A stretch of DNA of 64,000 bases from Desulfurococcaceae archaeon (GCA_041287395.1 JBEULI010000029.1:4837-68836); one strand, 5' to 3'. Counted from the first letter of the stretch, positions 34,940-43,554 are shown. Numbers and translations: made by a program. The notes: generated from the letters alone by a model not told the origin.

Positions 34940-35946
34940 CAGCTCATCGCCAGAGGTTCGACGAAGCCCCGATGCTCGGAGCCCCCCACCAATATCAAGC
35001 AGTCATCGCTACCGCACAGGAGCAAGCCTTCCACTAGGGCGCGTCCCCCCTCTAGGAGCGCTGGAACGAAGAGGGACTCGAACGATATCACGGCCCTCAC
35101 GTCGAGGGGCGGTTCATGCCCCTCGACCAACCTGTAGTTCTCGATTTCGCTGATCGTTGGGTAGCTGAGCGCGCGGGGCCCCCCGCTGAGGGAGACTTCG
35201 GCTCTGACGCGTCCGAGGCCCCTCCTGGCGGGCTGGGAGAAGAGCCTCCTCGGCACGTCGTCGGAGTACGTTATGGAGAACAATGTTCCATGAGCGATGC
35301 CCCTCCTCCAAGGCCTGTAGAGGGCCCTTGCGAGGCGCTCGCTGATTCCGAGCCTTAGAGCATTGGACCTGGCCCACTCGTCGGCCATGGGCCCGCTCAG
35401 CGGACCCAGAGAGGTCCCTCCCTCGCTTACGGCTTCGATTACCCTCAGGGAGCACCAATGCCCGTAGACCACCAGGTCAACGTCGCTCACCCTGGGGTTG
35501 TGGATCCTCGGCAGTATGGAGCCCGTTATTCCGACGCAACTGCTTGGGATCCCGGCGGAGTCGTAGAGGTCTTCGAGCACCATGAGGGCCCTCTCCTCGA
35601 GGGGATCTCTCGGGGAGCGCACGATCTCTTGGGCCCTCTCGATGGGGTCCAGCAGCGCGACGACCTCGCTAGCAGGAATGTAGGGTGCCCAGGAGTCATA
35701 GTGCGGCAGGTAAATGCTCCACGGCGTGTGCGCCCTCACGTTGGTGGGCCCGTAGGAGTCGAGGAGCCTTACGTAGTGGACACCACGTGCGTCCTTCCAC
35801 GGAGTGGGCCCGGTCGTGCGGCAGTACTTCACGTAGCCGAGATACATGTTCTGGTCGTGTTCATTCCCGTATGCCACTGCTATGCAGCCGTTGGCGAGCA
35901 CAAGCTGGTAGTGGTCCAGGGGAAGGCGTCCGGGGCCGACGAGCAT
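34939..35946 (-). CDS. Pol-beta-superfamily nucleotidyltransferase-domain protein (uncharacterised archaeal family)
   Basis: The central G-S-x(10)-D-x-D pattern GITGSILPRIHNPRVSDVDLVVYG is flanked by N- and C-terminal domains I do not recognise. Confidence 0.55.
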   Translation of the reverse strand: MLVGPGRLPLDHYQLVLANGCIAVAYGNEHDQNMYLGYVKYCRTTGPTPWKDARGVHYVRLLDSYGPTNVRAHTPWSIYLPHYDSWAPYIPASEVVALLDPIERAQEIVRSPRDPLEERALMVLEDLYDSAGIPSSCVGITGSILPRIHNPRVSDVDLVVYGHWCSLRVIEAVSEGGTSLGPLSGPMADEWARSNALRLGISERLARALYRPWRRGIAHGTLFSITYSDDVPRRLFSQPARRGLGRVRAEVSLSGGPRALSYPTISEIENYRLVEGHEPPLDVRAVISFESLFVPALLEGGRALVEGLLLCGSDDCLILVGGSEHRGFVEPLAMS

Positions 35947-36049
35947 TGCCGTAACCCTTTCTTCAATTATCTGAATGGGGCTTCGGACAAAACGTATATG
36001 CGTGGAAACGAAACAGCGTTGCGCTGGCCGCAGGCGTCCACTAAGCAGG

Positions 36050-37225
36050 CTAGGGCTCCGGTAGCTCGCGTAGCTGGGAAAGGACGTACTCCCTTATCTC
36101 CCCAATGCTCGGCAGCCTGGCCACGAGCTTGCCCTCGTCCAGGTACTTGACTAGCATGGGCTCGTAGCCCTCGGGGCCGCGCTCGTCCCACGGGAGCACT
36201 AGGTCGTTGAGGCCGGGCCTCCTCCGGTAGAGGCGCTTGGCTCCGGGGAGCTTGCCCCTCTTGGACACGGGCCTCCAGTAGCCGTCCTCGTAGACCTCCA
36301 CTATGTCGGCGCTTATGTCAACGCTCGGGGGCATGGCGATCGAGGTCCCAACGCCGAACCCGTCGACGACGTCCCTCAGCTGCCTTATTTCCTCTTCGTC
36401 TATGCCTCCGCTCACTATGATCTTGACCCACCTGTAGCCGTTCACGTCGAGGGTCCACCTGACCTCCTCTACTATGGCCCTCATGTTCCCCCTCCTGCTG
36501 CTCGGCGTGTCCAGCCTAACCCCATCGAGCCTCCTGCCCAGGGCCTTTGCGGCCATCAGGGCCTCGACCCTCTCGTCGTAGAAGGTGTCGACGAGCATTA
36601 TGCGCGGCACATCGCCCTCGATCACCTCGTCGAAGGCCCTCCAGGCCTCGACCTGGTCGCCAAAGGCCACTATGAGTGCGTGCGGCATGGTCCCCACGGG
36701 CTTGAGGCCCAGGTACTTCGAGCTCATGTACCCCGAGACTGCGTCGCAGCCGCCTATGTACGCGGCCCTATCGACCATGGGAGCTATAAAGGGGTGGACC
36801 GCCCTTAGGCCGAAGAACAACAGCTGCTTGTCCATTGCAAGCCTCTTCAGCCTTGCGGCCTTCGTTGCTATGCTGCTTGAGTGTCTGAGCAGCCCCAGCA
36901 ACGCGGTTTCGTAAAGCACCACGTCATCGAGGTAGCCCTCGAGGACCATTAGGGGCTCCTTGGCCTTGAACAGGGTCCCCTCGGGAATGCTGTACACCGT
37001 CACCGGCTTGCCCTCGAGCAGGCGCAGCGCCTCCTCGAGGCCGGCGAAGACCGCCCACTCATAGCCCTTTGGCAAGCTCATCGCATGTAGCTCGATCCTG
37101 ACCCTTTTCCTCAGGTTCTTGGCCCTCAAGATCCTTTGCGTCCTGACGAAGTACACGTCGGTGACCACTCCCTCTAACACGTCCCTCTCGTCGGCCACGT
37201 AGAACCTGGCGCTGCTGCTACTCAC
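36050..37225 (-). CDS. pncB: nicotinate phosphoribosyltransferase
   Basis: 391 aa. [24 protein letters not shown] and [10 protein letters not shown] blocks are typical of archaeal NAPRTase. Confidence 0.85.
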   Translation of the reverse strand: MSSSSARFYVADERDVLEGVVTDVYFVRTQRILRAKNLRKRVRIELHAMSLPKGYEWAVFAGLEEALRLLEGKPVTVYSIPEGTLFKAKEPLMVLEGYLDDVVLYETALLGLLRHSSSIATKAARLKRLAMDKQLLFFGLRAVHPFIAPMVDRAAYIGGCDAVSGYMSSKYLGLKPVGTMPHALIVAFGDQVEAWRAFDEVIEGDVPRIMLVDTFYDERVEALMAAKALGRRLDGVRLDTPSSRRGNMRAIVEEVRWTLDVNGYRWVKIIVSGGIDEEEIRQLRDVVDGFGVGTSIAMPPSVDISADIVEVYEDGYWRPVSKRGKLPGAKRLYRRRPGLNDLVLPWDERGPEGYEPMLVKYLDEGKLVARLPSIGEIREYVLSQLRELPEP

Positions 37226-37634
37226 CGATCACCACCACGTGGACTTCCCTCCTGCTCCTGGGGCCATCTAGCTCGAACAGAAATATGTTCTGCCACGTGC
37301 CCCTCACCAGCCTTCCCGAGGACACTGGGAGCACTCTCTCCTGGCCGAAGAGGGCTGAGGCCATGTGCGCGTGGGCGTTGTTGTCTATGGCGTTGTGCCT
37401 CCACTTCGCGCTTCCTGGCTCGAAGAGCTCCTCGGCCTTTCTCACGATGTCGTCCATTAACCCCTCTTCGTGTTCGTTGACCACCACGGCCGCGGTGGCG
37501 TGCGGCACAAACACCAGGGCCAGGCCCTCCCTGACGCCGCTCCTCCTGACTGCTTCCTCGACCCTTTGGGTTATGTCCACTAGCTCCATACGTTTGGACG
37601 TCTGGATCGCGAAGGACTCGTGGTACACCTTCAC
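37218..37634 (-). CDS. yjbQ: YjbQ/UPF0047 family protein (secondary thiamine-phosphate synthase-type enzyme)
   Basis: Contains [38 protein letters not shown] and [16 protein letters not shown] prefer the GTG start at 37634 to the track start at 37808. Confidence 0.8.
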   Translation of the reverse strand: MKVYHESFAIQTSKRMELVDITQRVEEAVRRSGVREGLALVFVPHATAAVVVNEHEEGLMDDIVRKAEELFEPGSAKWRHNAIDNNAHAHMASALFGQERVLPVSSGRLVRGTWQNIFLFELDGPRSRREVHVVVIGE

Positions 37635-37675
37635 ATCGGCTCCCCCGCCCGCGTTGTGCTTAGCTAGGCGTTTTC

Positions 37676-37688
37676 GTGCACTTATTTG
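37676..37688 (+). promoter_or_regulatory. GTGCAC hexamer abutting TATA-like TTATTT upstream of RHH gene 37726
   Basis: GTGCACTTATTTG lies ~40 nt upstream of the ATG, and GTTGTGC lies 17 nt further upstream (37653..37659). The same two motifs recur at 38852..38888. Confidence 0.35.
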
Positions 37689-37725
37689 CTCTGCTTCCCA
37701 GGCTAATGGCGTGGGTAAGGGGTCG

Positions 37726-38313
37726 ATGTCGTCGGCCAGGAGGAAGACGTTCGCGGCGAGGGAGGATCTAATAGACGCTGTGAAGGGAATAGCGAAGTCC
37801 AAGGGCAAGAGCCTTTACGACTACGTCAACGAGCTCTTCGAGTCAGCGATAGAGCTGGAGAGGGCCGGGGGGAGCCTCAAGGAGGCCGTCGAGGGCTACG
37901 CGCTGCTCAAGGAGGCAAGGGACGCGGGCCTCGTGCTAGTGCCTGAGGTGCTCCTCTACGGGATAATTGACGCAGTTGCACAGGGAGGGGAGCTCGGAAA
38001 GGTGTTCCACGACGCAGGCGTCTGGCTGTCGACGAGGTACGTGGCCAGATATGGGCAGGACGCATTCGAGAGAATGGCCAGGGAGCTCCCCAGGGCCCTC
38101 TGGAACTACGCCGGCCTGAGGCTGGAGAACCGGGGCGACAAGTTGTTGGTGGAGTTCGTGGCGCCGCGCCTCGGGGAGCGATATGTCGCGCTTTTCAATT
38201 CGTTCTTCGAAGGCATAATGGAGGGCCTCGGCTACGAGGTCGTGGAGAGGAAGATAGTGGGAAGGATATCGAGGCTCACGGGTGTCCGCCGTGCCCGAGG
38301 GCCAGTCGAGTAG
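37726..38313 (+). CDS. ribbon-helix-helix (CopG/Arc-like) domain protein, paralogue 1
   Basis: I prefer the ATG at 37726, because the upstream part of the track ORF is antisense to yjbQ. The N-terminus RKTFAAREDLIDAVKGIAKSKGKSLYDYVNELFESAIE fits a strand-helix-helix pattern. A ~140-aa C-terminal domain follows. Confidence 0.55.
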   Translation: MSSARRKTFAAREDLIDAVKGIAKSKGKSLYDYVNELFESAIELERAGGSLKEAVEGYALLKEARDAGLVLVPEVLLYGIIDAVAQGGELGKVFHDAGVWLSTRYVARYGQDAFERMARELPRALWNYAGLRLENRGDKLLVEFVAPRLGERYVALFNSFFEGIMEGLGYEVVERKIVGRISRLTGVRRARGPVE

Positions 38314-38845
38314 GAAGCTAGTCTACGTCTCGGAGGAGCTCCTCGGCAGGGCCTCCAGGGTCGCCGCCAGGAAGGGGCTATCGGTGTCCAAGCTCGTCGA
38401 GAAGGCCCTGCAGACAGCGCTTAGGCTCGAAGAGCTTGGCTACGACTTCGAGAGGGTCCCGGAGATCCTCGAGCTCATGGAAATGGAGAGGAAGCTGGGC
38501 TCGTTGTGGATGCCGGCCGAGCTGGCAGATCTCCAGTGCATCAGCAACGAGGAGGCGTGGAGGAGGAGCGGGATCGCGCACGGGATCTACATGAGGGAGC
38601 GCCTGAAGGATCCGCTCAGGGCGCTGGCAGCGCTCCTCGGCCTCCTGAGGTGGGATCTGAGCGAGGTCAAGATCGAGGAGGAGGGAGGGGCGGCGAAGGC
38701 CCTCCTGGTCTCGGCAGTGCTCGACGAGGGCTCCCTCGCGTCTCTCGCCTCCTTTGTCGAGGGCGCGCTACAGGCTCTCGGGTACAGTTGCGGGGAGCGC
38801 AGGATATACAGGGGGCTGGCGCTCCTCACTTGTAAGAAGGCCTAG
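38282..38845 (+). CDS. ribbon-helix-helix domain protein, paralogue 2
   Basis: The N-terminus RKLVYVSEELLGRASRVAARKGLSVSKLVEKALQTAL fits RHH. The architecture matches the upstream gene, with which it overlaps by 32 nt. Confidence 0.55.
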   Translation: MSAVPEGQSSRKLVYVSEELLGRASRVAARKGLSVSKLVEKALQTALRLEELGYDFERVPEILELMEMERKLGSLWMPAELADLQCISNEEAWRRSGIAHGIYMRERLKDPLRALAALLGLLRWDLSEVKIEEEGGAAKALLVSAVLDEGSLASLASFVEGALQALGYSCGERRIYRGLALLTCKKA

Positions 38846-38851
38846 GCGCAA

Positions 38852-38888
38852 GTGCACAGGCCCTCCTTGGCAGGAGGGCGTTGTGCAC
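38852..38888. promoter_or_regulatory. 37-nt imperfect palindrome/hairpin (operator or terminator) just upstream of the envelope-protein promoter
   Basis: GTGCACAGGCCCTCC-TTGGCA-GGAGGGCGTTGTGCAC gives about 14 bp of pairing with one small bulge. It ends 6 nt before the TATA-like TTAAAA. Confidence 0.5.
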
Positions 38889-38894
38889 GCACCC

Positions 38895-38900
38895 TTAAAA
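38895..38900 (+). promoter_or_regulatory. TATA-like box (TTAAAA) for 38914/38929 start
   Basis: Its 3' end is 13 nt (TTG 38914) or 28 nt (GTG 38929) upstream of the candidate starts; the latter spacing suits a leaderless transcript. Confidence 0.45.
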
Positions 38901-38913
38901 CCAGTCCCCCCAT

Positions 38914-41900
38914 TTGAGCCTAGGACAGGTGAACGTATTGGACTGGAGGAAAGTCCAGGCGACGATCGCGTCACTCGCCCTACTCGCCCTATTCCTGGCC
39001 GTAGCGCCCGTTACGTTGGCGGGCGTCACAGGCAACCTGCAGCTGACTGCTAGCACCACCACCGGCTCCCCCGGCGATGCCGTCACCGTCAGCGGCGTCG
39101 TACCGCTGGGCTACAGCGTCAACGTCTCCTTCATCCAGTGGGTCGACTACAGCACCTATGCCTACACGGTGCTCGCCACCCAGCTGGTCCCCGTGGGAGC
39201 CCAGGGCAGGTTCTCGACGACCCTCATAATACCCAAGGCCCCCTACGGCAGCAACTACGCCATCTATGCGTTCGTTCCCGGCTTCGAGTCGCAGACCAGG
39301 GACTTCGTGAACTTCACGATAGTCCCCAAGCTGATACTCAACGTCACCACCGTCAGGTCCGGCACTGACTACGTGACCCCGCCCATTACCGGCTCAATAG
39401 TTAACATAACTGGCGTCGGCTTCAACGCCAACGCTTCGGTGATGTTGACGATAGCGGATCTAGGCGTACAGCTCCCACTGACGCCGACCACCGATTCCAC
39501 GGGCACCTTCACAGCCACTTGGACGGTCATCAACGTGCCGGCCGGGACGCACATACTAACTGCGACAGACTCGTTGGGAGCTAAGGCTTCCACCAACTTC
39601 ACCGTCGTTCCAACGCTGTGGTTCTATGACGAGGTCAATGGCGTTTGGACTTCACTGCTGACTGTGTCCGGGCCCTGGGTTAGGGACCTCGAGGAGAACA
39701 TAAAGTCCTTAAATGTCCTGGGCACTGGCTTTGATGCCAAAGTCAGCATAGTCGCCATAACCTTCAGCAACACCTATTACTACTACAAGACCAACGTCAG
39801 CTTCACCAGTCCCACGTTCACTGACGCTAACGGCATATTCATGACGTACCTCTCGATCGGCCACATACCGGGCGGCACCTACAACGTGACCGTGACCGAG
39901 AACACCAGCGCCTCGTACGTGTTTGCGGGAGCCATAACGTTCAACGCGTACATCGAGGCATACGACTTCGCCAAGTATAGCGCCCTGTACGGCACGGCCT
40001 ACAACGTGAGTGCCGCCAGCAACCCCGCGCTGAAGGTCACCAGCGCCGGCGCCCAGGTGATAGTGTTCGGCTGGGCCTTTGCGCCTGGCACCATAACGAC
40101 GCCGGCTGGCAACGTCACCGTGCCCGCCCACATATTCATTGACGTCGACGTGCCAGAAAACGCCCTAACCATTTACAAGGTCGTTAAAGGCACTCAGATT
40201 GACCAGTACAACTTCCTGCCCGACGCCAATGGCTTCAACGTCGTGATAGCGCTAATGCCGTCGCAAATTGTCAGGGGAGGCCACGAGATCGGCGAGACCC
40301 AGAACATAACGGCGCCCGTGCAGCTGAGGTTCAGCGCCAGGACCAACATAGCCGTTGGACCGGCTGCCTTCTTCACGCCGCCCGCGGGCACCGTCGGGCC
40401 CTACACCACGATAGCCTACACCTATAACGGAATCGGCGTCGTCAAGGGCAGCTACGCTGGGCCCTTCTTCTGCATTAACTACGGCACGACCGTCTGCGGA
40501 GAGAGCGTCACGTTCACGAGCGACCAGATAAAGTTACTGCAGACCGGCCTGGGCACCACGATAACTGTCAGCGGCACTGGCTTCGACGCCGGGCAGCCGG
40601 TGATGGTGTTCATAAGGGGAGTGCCGCCCGTTGACCTGAGGGTGCTCTACCCGCAGTACTTCGCAACCTATGGCAGCTTGCTGGCGAGCTTCCTGCCCGA
40701 CGGCATACTGGTCGCTAACACCACCACGGACTCCTACGGCAGCTTCAAGGTCAGCTTTGTGTTCCCAACGCTCCCCGGCGCCCAGTACGAGATCTGGGTC
40801 TTCGTTGGCAGGATCGCGGGAGGCTACGACCAGGTCAAGGCGGTGTACATGGGCAACGTCAGCGTAACCACGTTCACGGTGTTGCCGGGCTTCTTCGTCA
40901 ACCCAGCGGTTGCTGTAGGGCCCTACGTCGCTGAGGTCATCGCGACCGGCCTGCCCTACGGAGCTGCTGGGGGAGTCGCCGGTGTCGCGATCAGGACCAC
41001 AGCCCTCGATGGGACGCAGTACAGGCAGGACCTCAACGACGGCATAATGGGCGTTAACATGCACGTCACCAACTGGAGGATAACGCCGAACGGCACCCTG
41101 GTCGACGTGCTCTCGCCCTACGTGTTCCCAGGCATCTACATACCGGTGCTTGAGCCGGGCGTGTACGAGCTCAGGCTGATAATGCCCGATGGCAGCCTGT
41201 CGCAGCCCACGTACATCGGAATATTCAACAACCTGAGCCTCGTCGCGATCAAGAGCGACATAGCGATACTGCAGGCCGGCCAGAACACCATACTGATGCA
41301 GCTTGCTTCCATGAACGCCGAGATAAGGGCCATACACGGGGACACGGTCACGATAAGCTCCACAGTCGGCACGATAAAGGCCACGCTGGATGCCTTGAAG
41401 GCCAACATAGCTAGCATAAGTGATGGCATTGTCACGATCACTACAGCGCTCGGCCAGATCAACGGCACCCTGGTCTCGATAAGCGGCGACGTTGCAACGA
41501 TCAAGACGTCCATGGGAACGCTGAACGCCAGCATCAACAGCCTGTCGCAGAGCGTGTCGGCCGTCAACAGCATGGTCAACACGCTCAGCAGCTCCGTCAA
41601 CGAACTGAGCGCTAAGCTCAGCACCGTCGAGGCCGACATCATCAACAACATAACGGGCTCCGTGAACTACGCGATCTCGCAGCTCAACAGCGCCATGAAG
41701 TCCGGATTCGAGGGCCTGAGCGGCCAGATATCGTCGACTTCCAACGCGCTCAGCGGCCAGATATCCAGCGCTGCCAACAGCCTGAGCAGCCAGATCAGCA
41801 GCGTGCAGGGCTCCGTTAGCACCGTCAGCAACTACGTCATCGTCGCCATAATAATAGCGGCGATCGCCGCCGCTGCCGCGCTCTACGAGATCGTGTTGCT

Positions 41901-41922
41901 ACACAGGAAGCTCGCTGGCTAA
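38914..41922 (+). CDS. large envelope (S-layer-type) glycoprotein: signal peptide, beta-rich ectodomains, long Ser/Ile/Asn/Leu-rich coiled-coil stalk, C-terminal TM anchor (SlaB/tetrabrachion-like architecture)
   Basis: 1002 aa. N-terminus IASLALLALFLAVAPVTLAG. About 20 N-x-S/T sequons by eye. Residues ~770-970 show heptad/hendecad-patterned repeats. The C-terminus is YVIVAIIIAAIAAAAALYEIVLLHRKLAG. Confidence 0.75.
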   Translation: MSLGQVNVLDWRKVQATIASLALLALFLAVAPVTLAGVTGNLQLTASTTTGSPGDAVTVSGVVPLGYSVNVSFIQWVDYSTYAYTVLATQLVPVGAQGRFSTTLIIPKAPYGSNYAIYAFVPGFESQTRDFVNFTIVPKLILNVTTVRSGTDYVTPPITGSIVNITGVGFNANASVMLTIADLGVQLPLTPTTDSTGTFTATWTVINVPAGTHILTATDSLGAKASTNFTVVPTLWFYDEVNGVWTSLLTVSGPWVRDLEENIKSLNVLGTGFDAKVSIVAITFSNTYYYYKTNVSFTSPTFTDANGIFMTYLSIGHIPGGTYNVTVTENTSASYVFAGAITFNAYIEAYDFAKYSALYGTAYNVSAASNPALKVTSAGAQVIVFGWAFAPGTITTPAGNVTVPAHIFIDVDVPENALTIYKVVKGTQIDQYNFLPDANGFNVVIALMPSQIVRGGHEIGETQNITAPVQLRFSARTNIAVGPAAFFTPPAGTVGPYTTIAYTYNGIGVVKGSYAGPFFCINYGTTVCGESVTFTSDQIKLLQTGLGTTITVSGTGFDAGQPVMVFIRGVPPVDLRVLYPQYFATYGSLLASFLPDGILVANTTTDSYGSFKVSFVFPTLPGAQYEIWVFVGRIAGGYDQVKAVYMGNVSVTTFTVLPGFFVNPAVAVGPYVAEVIATGLPYGAAGGVAGVAIRTTALDGTQYRQDLNDGIMGVNMHVTNWRITPNGTLVDVLSPYVFPGIYIPVLEPGVYELRLIMPDGSLSQPTYIGIFNNLSLVAIKSDIAILQAGQNTILMQLASMNAEIRAIHGDTVTISSTVGTIKATLDALKANIASISDGIVTITTALGQINGTLVSISGDVATIKTSMGTLNASINSLSQSVSAVNSMVNTLSSSVNELSAKLSTVEADIINNITGSVNYAISQLNSAMKSGFEGLSGQISSTSNALSGQISSAANSLSSQISSVQGSVSTVSNYVIVAIIIAAIAAAAALYEIVLLHRKLAG
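41716..41814 (+). repeat. 3 x 33-nt tandem repeat encoding 11-residue units (LSGQISSTSNA / LSGQISSAANS / LSSQISSVQGS)
   Basis: The direct tandem copies are visible at both nucleotide and protein level inside the stalk region of the envelope gene. Confidence 0.8.
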
Positions 41923-41944
41923 GCGCTGGCGATCTCCGTACAAC

Positions 41945-41957
41945 TTTTTTCTTTTTT
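41945..41957 (+). terminator. double oligo-T tract after envelope gene
   Basis: TTTTTTCTTTTTT begins ~23 nt after the stop at 41922. Confidence 0.5.
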
Positions 41958-42033
41958 AAACAACTGAAGCCTCGCCCCGAACTCCTCCATTTTCGCTTCT
42001 TCCCATCTGGGAGCCCTGGTCGCGCGACCATTA

Positions 42034-42041
42034 GTTATAAG
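42034..42041 (+). promoter_or_regulatory. TATA-like box for tRNA-Val
   Basis: GTTATAAG lies ~25-30 nt upstream of the mature tRNA 5' end at 42065. Confidence 0.45.
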
Positions 42042-42064
42042 CCCCCTCTTTCTTGAGGTTCCTG

Positions 42065-42153
42065 GGGCCCGTCGTCTAGCCTGGTTAGGACGCCGCCCTT
42101 ACAAGCCCGGCTGGGAGAGGCGGAGGTCCGGGGTTCGAGTCCCCGCGGGCCCA
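42065..42153 (+). tRNA. tRNA-Val (anticodon UAC) with 14-nt intron 3' of position 37
   Basis: Hand fold: acceptor GGGCCCG/CGGGCCC, D arm GTCT..GGAC, anticodon stem CCGCC/GGCGG with loop CTTACAA interrupted by a 14-nt insert, T arm CGGGG-TTCGAGT-CCCCG, discriminator A. No CCA is encoded. Confidence 0.9.
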
Positions 42154-42204
42154 TGCCGTCTCACTTTTCTTGCTGTCCCCGGTCCTTTTGAAGGGGGTCG
42201 GGAA

Positions 42205-43554
42205 GTGTTCGCTACTGGCATGTGGCTCGTGGCCGTCGGCAGCGCAGCCCTTGCGGCGTACCACGTGGCGTTGCTAGCGCTGGGGGCCAGAGGTCGAGGA
42301 CGTGGCGGCGGAGCCCTGGGCGCGCCGAGCGACGATCTCGTGATATTGACGCCGATAAGGGACGAGCCGCCCGACGTCGTCGAGAGCTACCTGCTCGGCA
42401 TAGAGGAGTCCTCTAGAAGGGCCCGTTCGCGCGCCCCTAGAATACTCCTGGTCGCCGATTACAGCGACGAAGTCCTTTACAGGGCGGTCTCGGAGGTCGT
42501 GGAGAGGCACAGGGAGCGCGGCCTCGCCGTGGAGCTCGCGAGGAGGGAGAGGCCCGTTGGGGGCAGGAACGGCGCCATAAACTTCGGAATGGCCTCGTGT
42601 GGCTGCGAGAGGGCCATGTTGCTCGACGTGGACAGCGTGCCCATGCCCGAGGCGCTCGAGGGCGCGAGGGCCTGCGACCTGGTTTGCGTGTCGGCATGGC
42701 GCGCGGCGCACGGGGCCGGCAGGTCCGCTGAGGCCATAGGCTTCATGGTCGACTACGGCAGTTGGCTCCTCTACGATCTAAGGTCGCGGGCTGGCCTCTT
42801 CGTCTACCCGCTCGGCAGCGGCACTACGTTGACGAGGAAGGTGATGGACGCGATCGGCCCCTACAGGACGGACGTCATACAGGACGACATGTGGCTTGGC
42901 ACGCAGCTCGCCAAGCGAGGCGTGATGCCGCAAGTCGTGGGCGAGGTGAGGGTCTCAACCCCATCAACGGTTAGCTCGTTCATGATCCAGCAGGCCAGGT
43001 GGGCTTACGGCACGACCGACGTCCTGTTGAGGTTCGGCGGCGACCTATTGCGTTCCCCCCTTCCCCCGCTGGTCAGGCTCGAGGCGCTGTTCTACTTGGC
43101 GCAGCCAATTCTGGTTGCCGCGATAGGGCTGGGCTGGTTGCTCGTCCTGCTCTCCCCGCTGTTCCCCTTCGGTCTTGGGAGCGCGTTGCCGCAACTCGCG
43201 ATATTCGCCGTTGCCATGGGAGCCGAGGGCCTCTGCGTTGGGAAGTTCGCCAAGGGCAGGCGGCTGGGGAGGCACGCCATATTCCTATCCGGCAGGTCCT
43301 CGGCGATCTCGTTGCTGGTCAGCGTGTGGATAGTGCCATACGTGTTGGCAGCGCTAGTGGGGTTCAGGATCCCCTACAGGATCACGCCGAAGGGTTCGGC
43401 AGAGATCGGGGGGACCCCTCCTCAGGCCGTAGCCCTGTTGGCCCTCTCGCTCCTAGCGCTCGCGCTCTCGGCAATCAGGGGGGCCCTGCTACCAGCGCTA
43501 ATGGCCTTTGGGGCCCTTGCAGCCTCGGCCTACGTCCTGGCGAGGCTCCGATAG
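42205..43554 (+). CDS. membrane-integrated family-2 glycosyltransferase with processive-synthase motifs
   Basis: N-terminal TM, then a GT2 core with LLVADYSDE, LLDVDS (DxD), VIQDDMWLG (TED-like) and QQARWAYG (Q-x-x-R-W), followed by 4-5 C-terminal TM helices. Confidence 0.8.
   Translation: MFATGMWLVAVGSAALAAYHVALLALGARGRGRGGGALGAPSDDLVILTPIRDEPPDVVESYLLGIEESSRRARSRAPRILLVADYSDEVLYRAVSEVVERHRERGLAVELARRERPVGGRNGAINFGMASCGCERAMLLDVDSVPMPEALEGARACDLVCVSAWRAAHGAGRSAEAIGFMVDYGSWLLYDLRSRAGLFVYPLGSGTTLTRKVMDAIGPYRTDVIQDDMWLGTQLAKRGVMPQVVGEVRVSTPSTVSSFMIQQARWAYGTTDVLLRFGGDLLRSPLPPLVRLEALFYLAQPILVAAIGLGWLLVLLSPLFPFGLGSALPQLAIFAVAMGAEGLCVGKFAKGRRLGRHAIFLSGRSSAISLLVSVWIVPYVLAALVGFRIPYRITPKGSAEIGGTPPQAVALLALSLLALALSAIRGALLPALMAFGALAASAYVLARLR

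Noticed and set aside
37285-37725. N-terminal 147 codons of track ORF 37285..38313. Similar 5' extensions occur in other track ORFs: 27397..27633, 28824..28946, 30856..31833 upstream of 31677, 31660..31779, 46032..46163, 48577..48630, 52725..52820, 60921..61049 and 61693..61752.
   Set aside because: The extensions run antisense to or overlap neighbouring real genes, have skewed composition, and precede internal starts that give canonical family N-termini. I trimmed the gene models accordingly.
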